The position numbers and the translations under genes are program-made. Under the pieces are notes generated by a model that had not been told where the DNA came from, did not search any database, and saw only the letters and a list, made by a program, of their open reading frames with translations. 64,000 nucleotides of DNA from Eledone cirrhosa (lineage: Eukaryota), in the NCBI GenBank assembly GCA_964016885.1, contig OZ024743.1:170996001-171060000 (forward strand), given 5' to 3'. This document shows, piece after piece, positions 63,312-64,000 of the stretch; within the stretch, counting starts at the first letter, position 1; every line of letters begins with the position of its first letter.

Positions 63312-63344
63312 TGTATCAACACCATAGTCACAACTACTGTAAGA

Positions 63345-63590
63345 AAATACATACTTCGTTTTAATCCGACAATTTAACACCCTCACCCATCTGGATAATA
63401 TATAATTTCGCTGCTGGTTTGAAGTGGTTAAATGATTAGTATGTATTTGCTACTAATCATAACAAATAGCAGGTTGACTGATAAAATGACAAGTCAGTCA
63501 ATCATATTGGTGGCCTCCCCACAACCCCGGCGGACAAGAAGTAATAAATAGAACCCTGAGCGAGGGTGGGGTATATATTTTCCACATTCA
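63345..63590. other. Unique non-coding flank containing several inverted repeats
   Basis: Perfect 10-bp IR atgattagta (63432-63441) / tactaatcat (63451-63460). Perfect 8-bp IR ttgactga (63474-63481) / tcagtcaa (63494-63501). 5-bp IR accct (63553-63557) / agggt (63563-63567). Function unknown. Confidence 0.7.
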
Positions 63591-63601
63591 AGACAACAGT
63601 T

Positions 63602-63789
63602 ACAACAACAACAGCAAATACCGACCAAAGTCGCCTAAACTGGCCGCAGAAGTCGTAGTGATATTACTACCACGCTGACAACAACAACGATATCAACAGC
63701 AACAACAACAAACACTAACCAACGCCGCCTATATTGGCCGTAGTAGCCGTAGTGACAGTACCAACCCGCCGACAACAACAACGATAACA
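63602..63789. repeat. Diverged 94-bp direct repeat, two copies, each containing short (AAC)n tracts
   Basis: 63602-63695 and 63696-63789 align without gaps, with about 19 mismatches in 94 by hand count (~80% identity). tggccg occurs at 63641 and 63735. Confidence 0.85.
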
Positions 63790-64000
63790 CCAACCACGAC
63801 AATAAACAGAACTCAGAGCTAGGTCTATACACAGACTTGATGGCATCTTTCCCGATACCATAGCCAAAACAACAAAGGTTACTGTAACAACATTAACACC
63901 GCCCATCACCATATACCGGTCATCGCAGTAGTGGTAGTATCAATGATATTAGTACCCAGTCAATGGCAGCGAGTATCCATTACACGAGAGCCAGCCAGTG

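Larger units (their letters stand above)
1..63344. repeat. Satellite-type tandem array of a 37-bp monomer (consensus TACTGTAAGACCACTGTATCAACACCAYAGTCAYAAC), truncated by the window start
   Basis: The monomer repeats head-to-tail in one orientation from position 1 to ...caactactgtaaga at 63344. The consensus (CAT/CAC form) has A14 C11 T8 G4, so it is about 40% GC and strongly A+C-skewed on the + strand. Two common C/T polymorphisms (ccaYag, tcaYaac). No inversion or foreign insertion was seen while reading through. Confidence 0.98.

Noticed and set aside
1-63344. CRISPR array (37 bp is a typical direct-repeat length)
   Set aside because: Monomers are directly adjacent with no unique spacers, and there are no cas genes in the window.
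1-63344. Intact giant mucin or adhesin CDS
   Set aside because: The 37-bp period cycles through all frames. The + strand hits TAA (ctgTAA) about every 111 bp and often TAG; the - strand hits TAG and TGA. The ORF track lists nothing here.
1-63344. Fungal RIP signature, since both main polymorphisms are CpA/TpA
   Set aside because: Most CpA sites in the monomer remain intact, and many other variants are transversions, unlike pervasive RIP.
1-63344. Telomerase-synthesised telomere tract
   Set aside because: Ordered variant patterns duplicated over many kilobases indicate DNA-templated copying, not repeated synthesis from one RNA template.
63399-63548. TATA-like tatataa (63399-63405) and AATAAA (63543-63548)
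   Set aside because: Such short motifs are expected by chance in AT-rich DNA, and no gene is associated with them.
63635-63832. 65-aa minus-strand ORF with a hydrophobic, Val-rich sequence
   Set aside because: The Val runs come from (GTT)n, the reverse of the (AAC)n tracts in the 94-bp dimer. It is short, resembles no family I recognise, and overlaps another ORF in a different frame.
63715-63912. Second 65-aa minus-strand ORF (Val/Cys-rich)
   Set aside because: Same low-complexity origin (GTT and TGT triplets); no recognisable domain or expression signals.

Overview
About 99% of the window (1-63344) is one uninterrupted, single-orientation tandem array of a 37-bp monomer. The consensus is TACTGTAAGACCACTGTATCAACACCAYAGTCAYAAC, with roughly 1,700-1,750 copies by estimate. 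The array starts before position 1 and ends abruptly at about 63344. It looks like eukaryotic satellite DNA; the organism and family cannot be identified from the sequence alone. It has no CRISPR spacers and no ORFs, since stops recur every three monomers on both strands. Diagnostic variant monomers (28, 30, 36, 38 and 44 bp, plus linked substitutions) show nested duplications. Tandem duplications have periods of 546, 1426, 2146 and 2431 bp; a near-identical duplication has offset 16,515 bp; an older paralogy has offset about 46.7-47.4 kb. The monomer is built from three 9-bp cores that each read Thr-Thr-Val and differ only at synonymous positions, separated by linkers that break the frame. 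The last ~650 bp contain a ~245-bp unique segment with several hairpins. After it comes AC-rich low-complexity DNA with a diverged 94-bp dimer and fragments resembling the satellite. No gene is supported. Offsets were read by eye from marker variants, so block boundaries are approximate.
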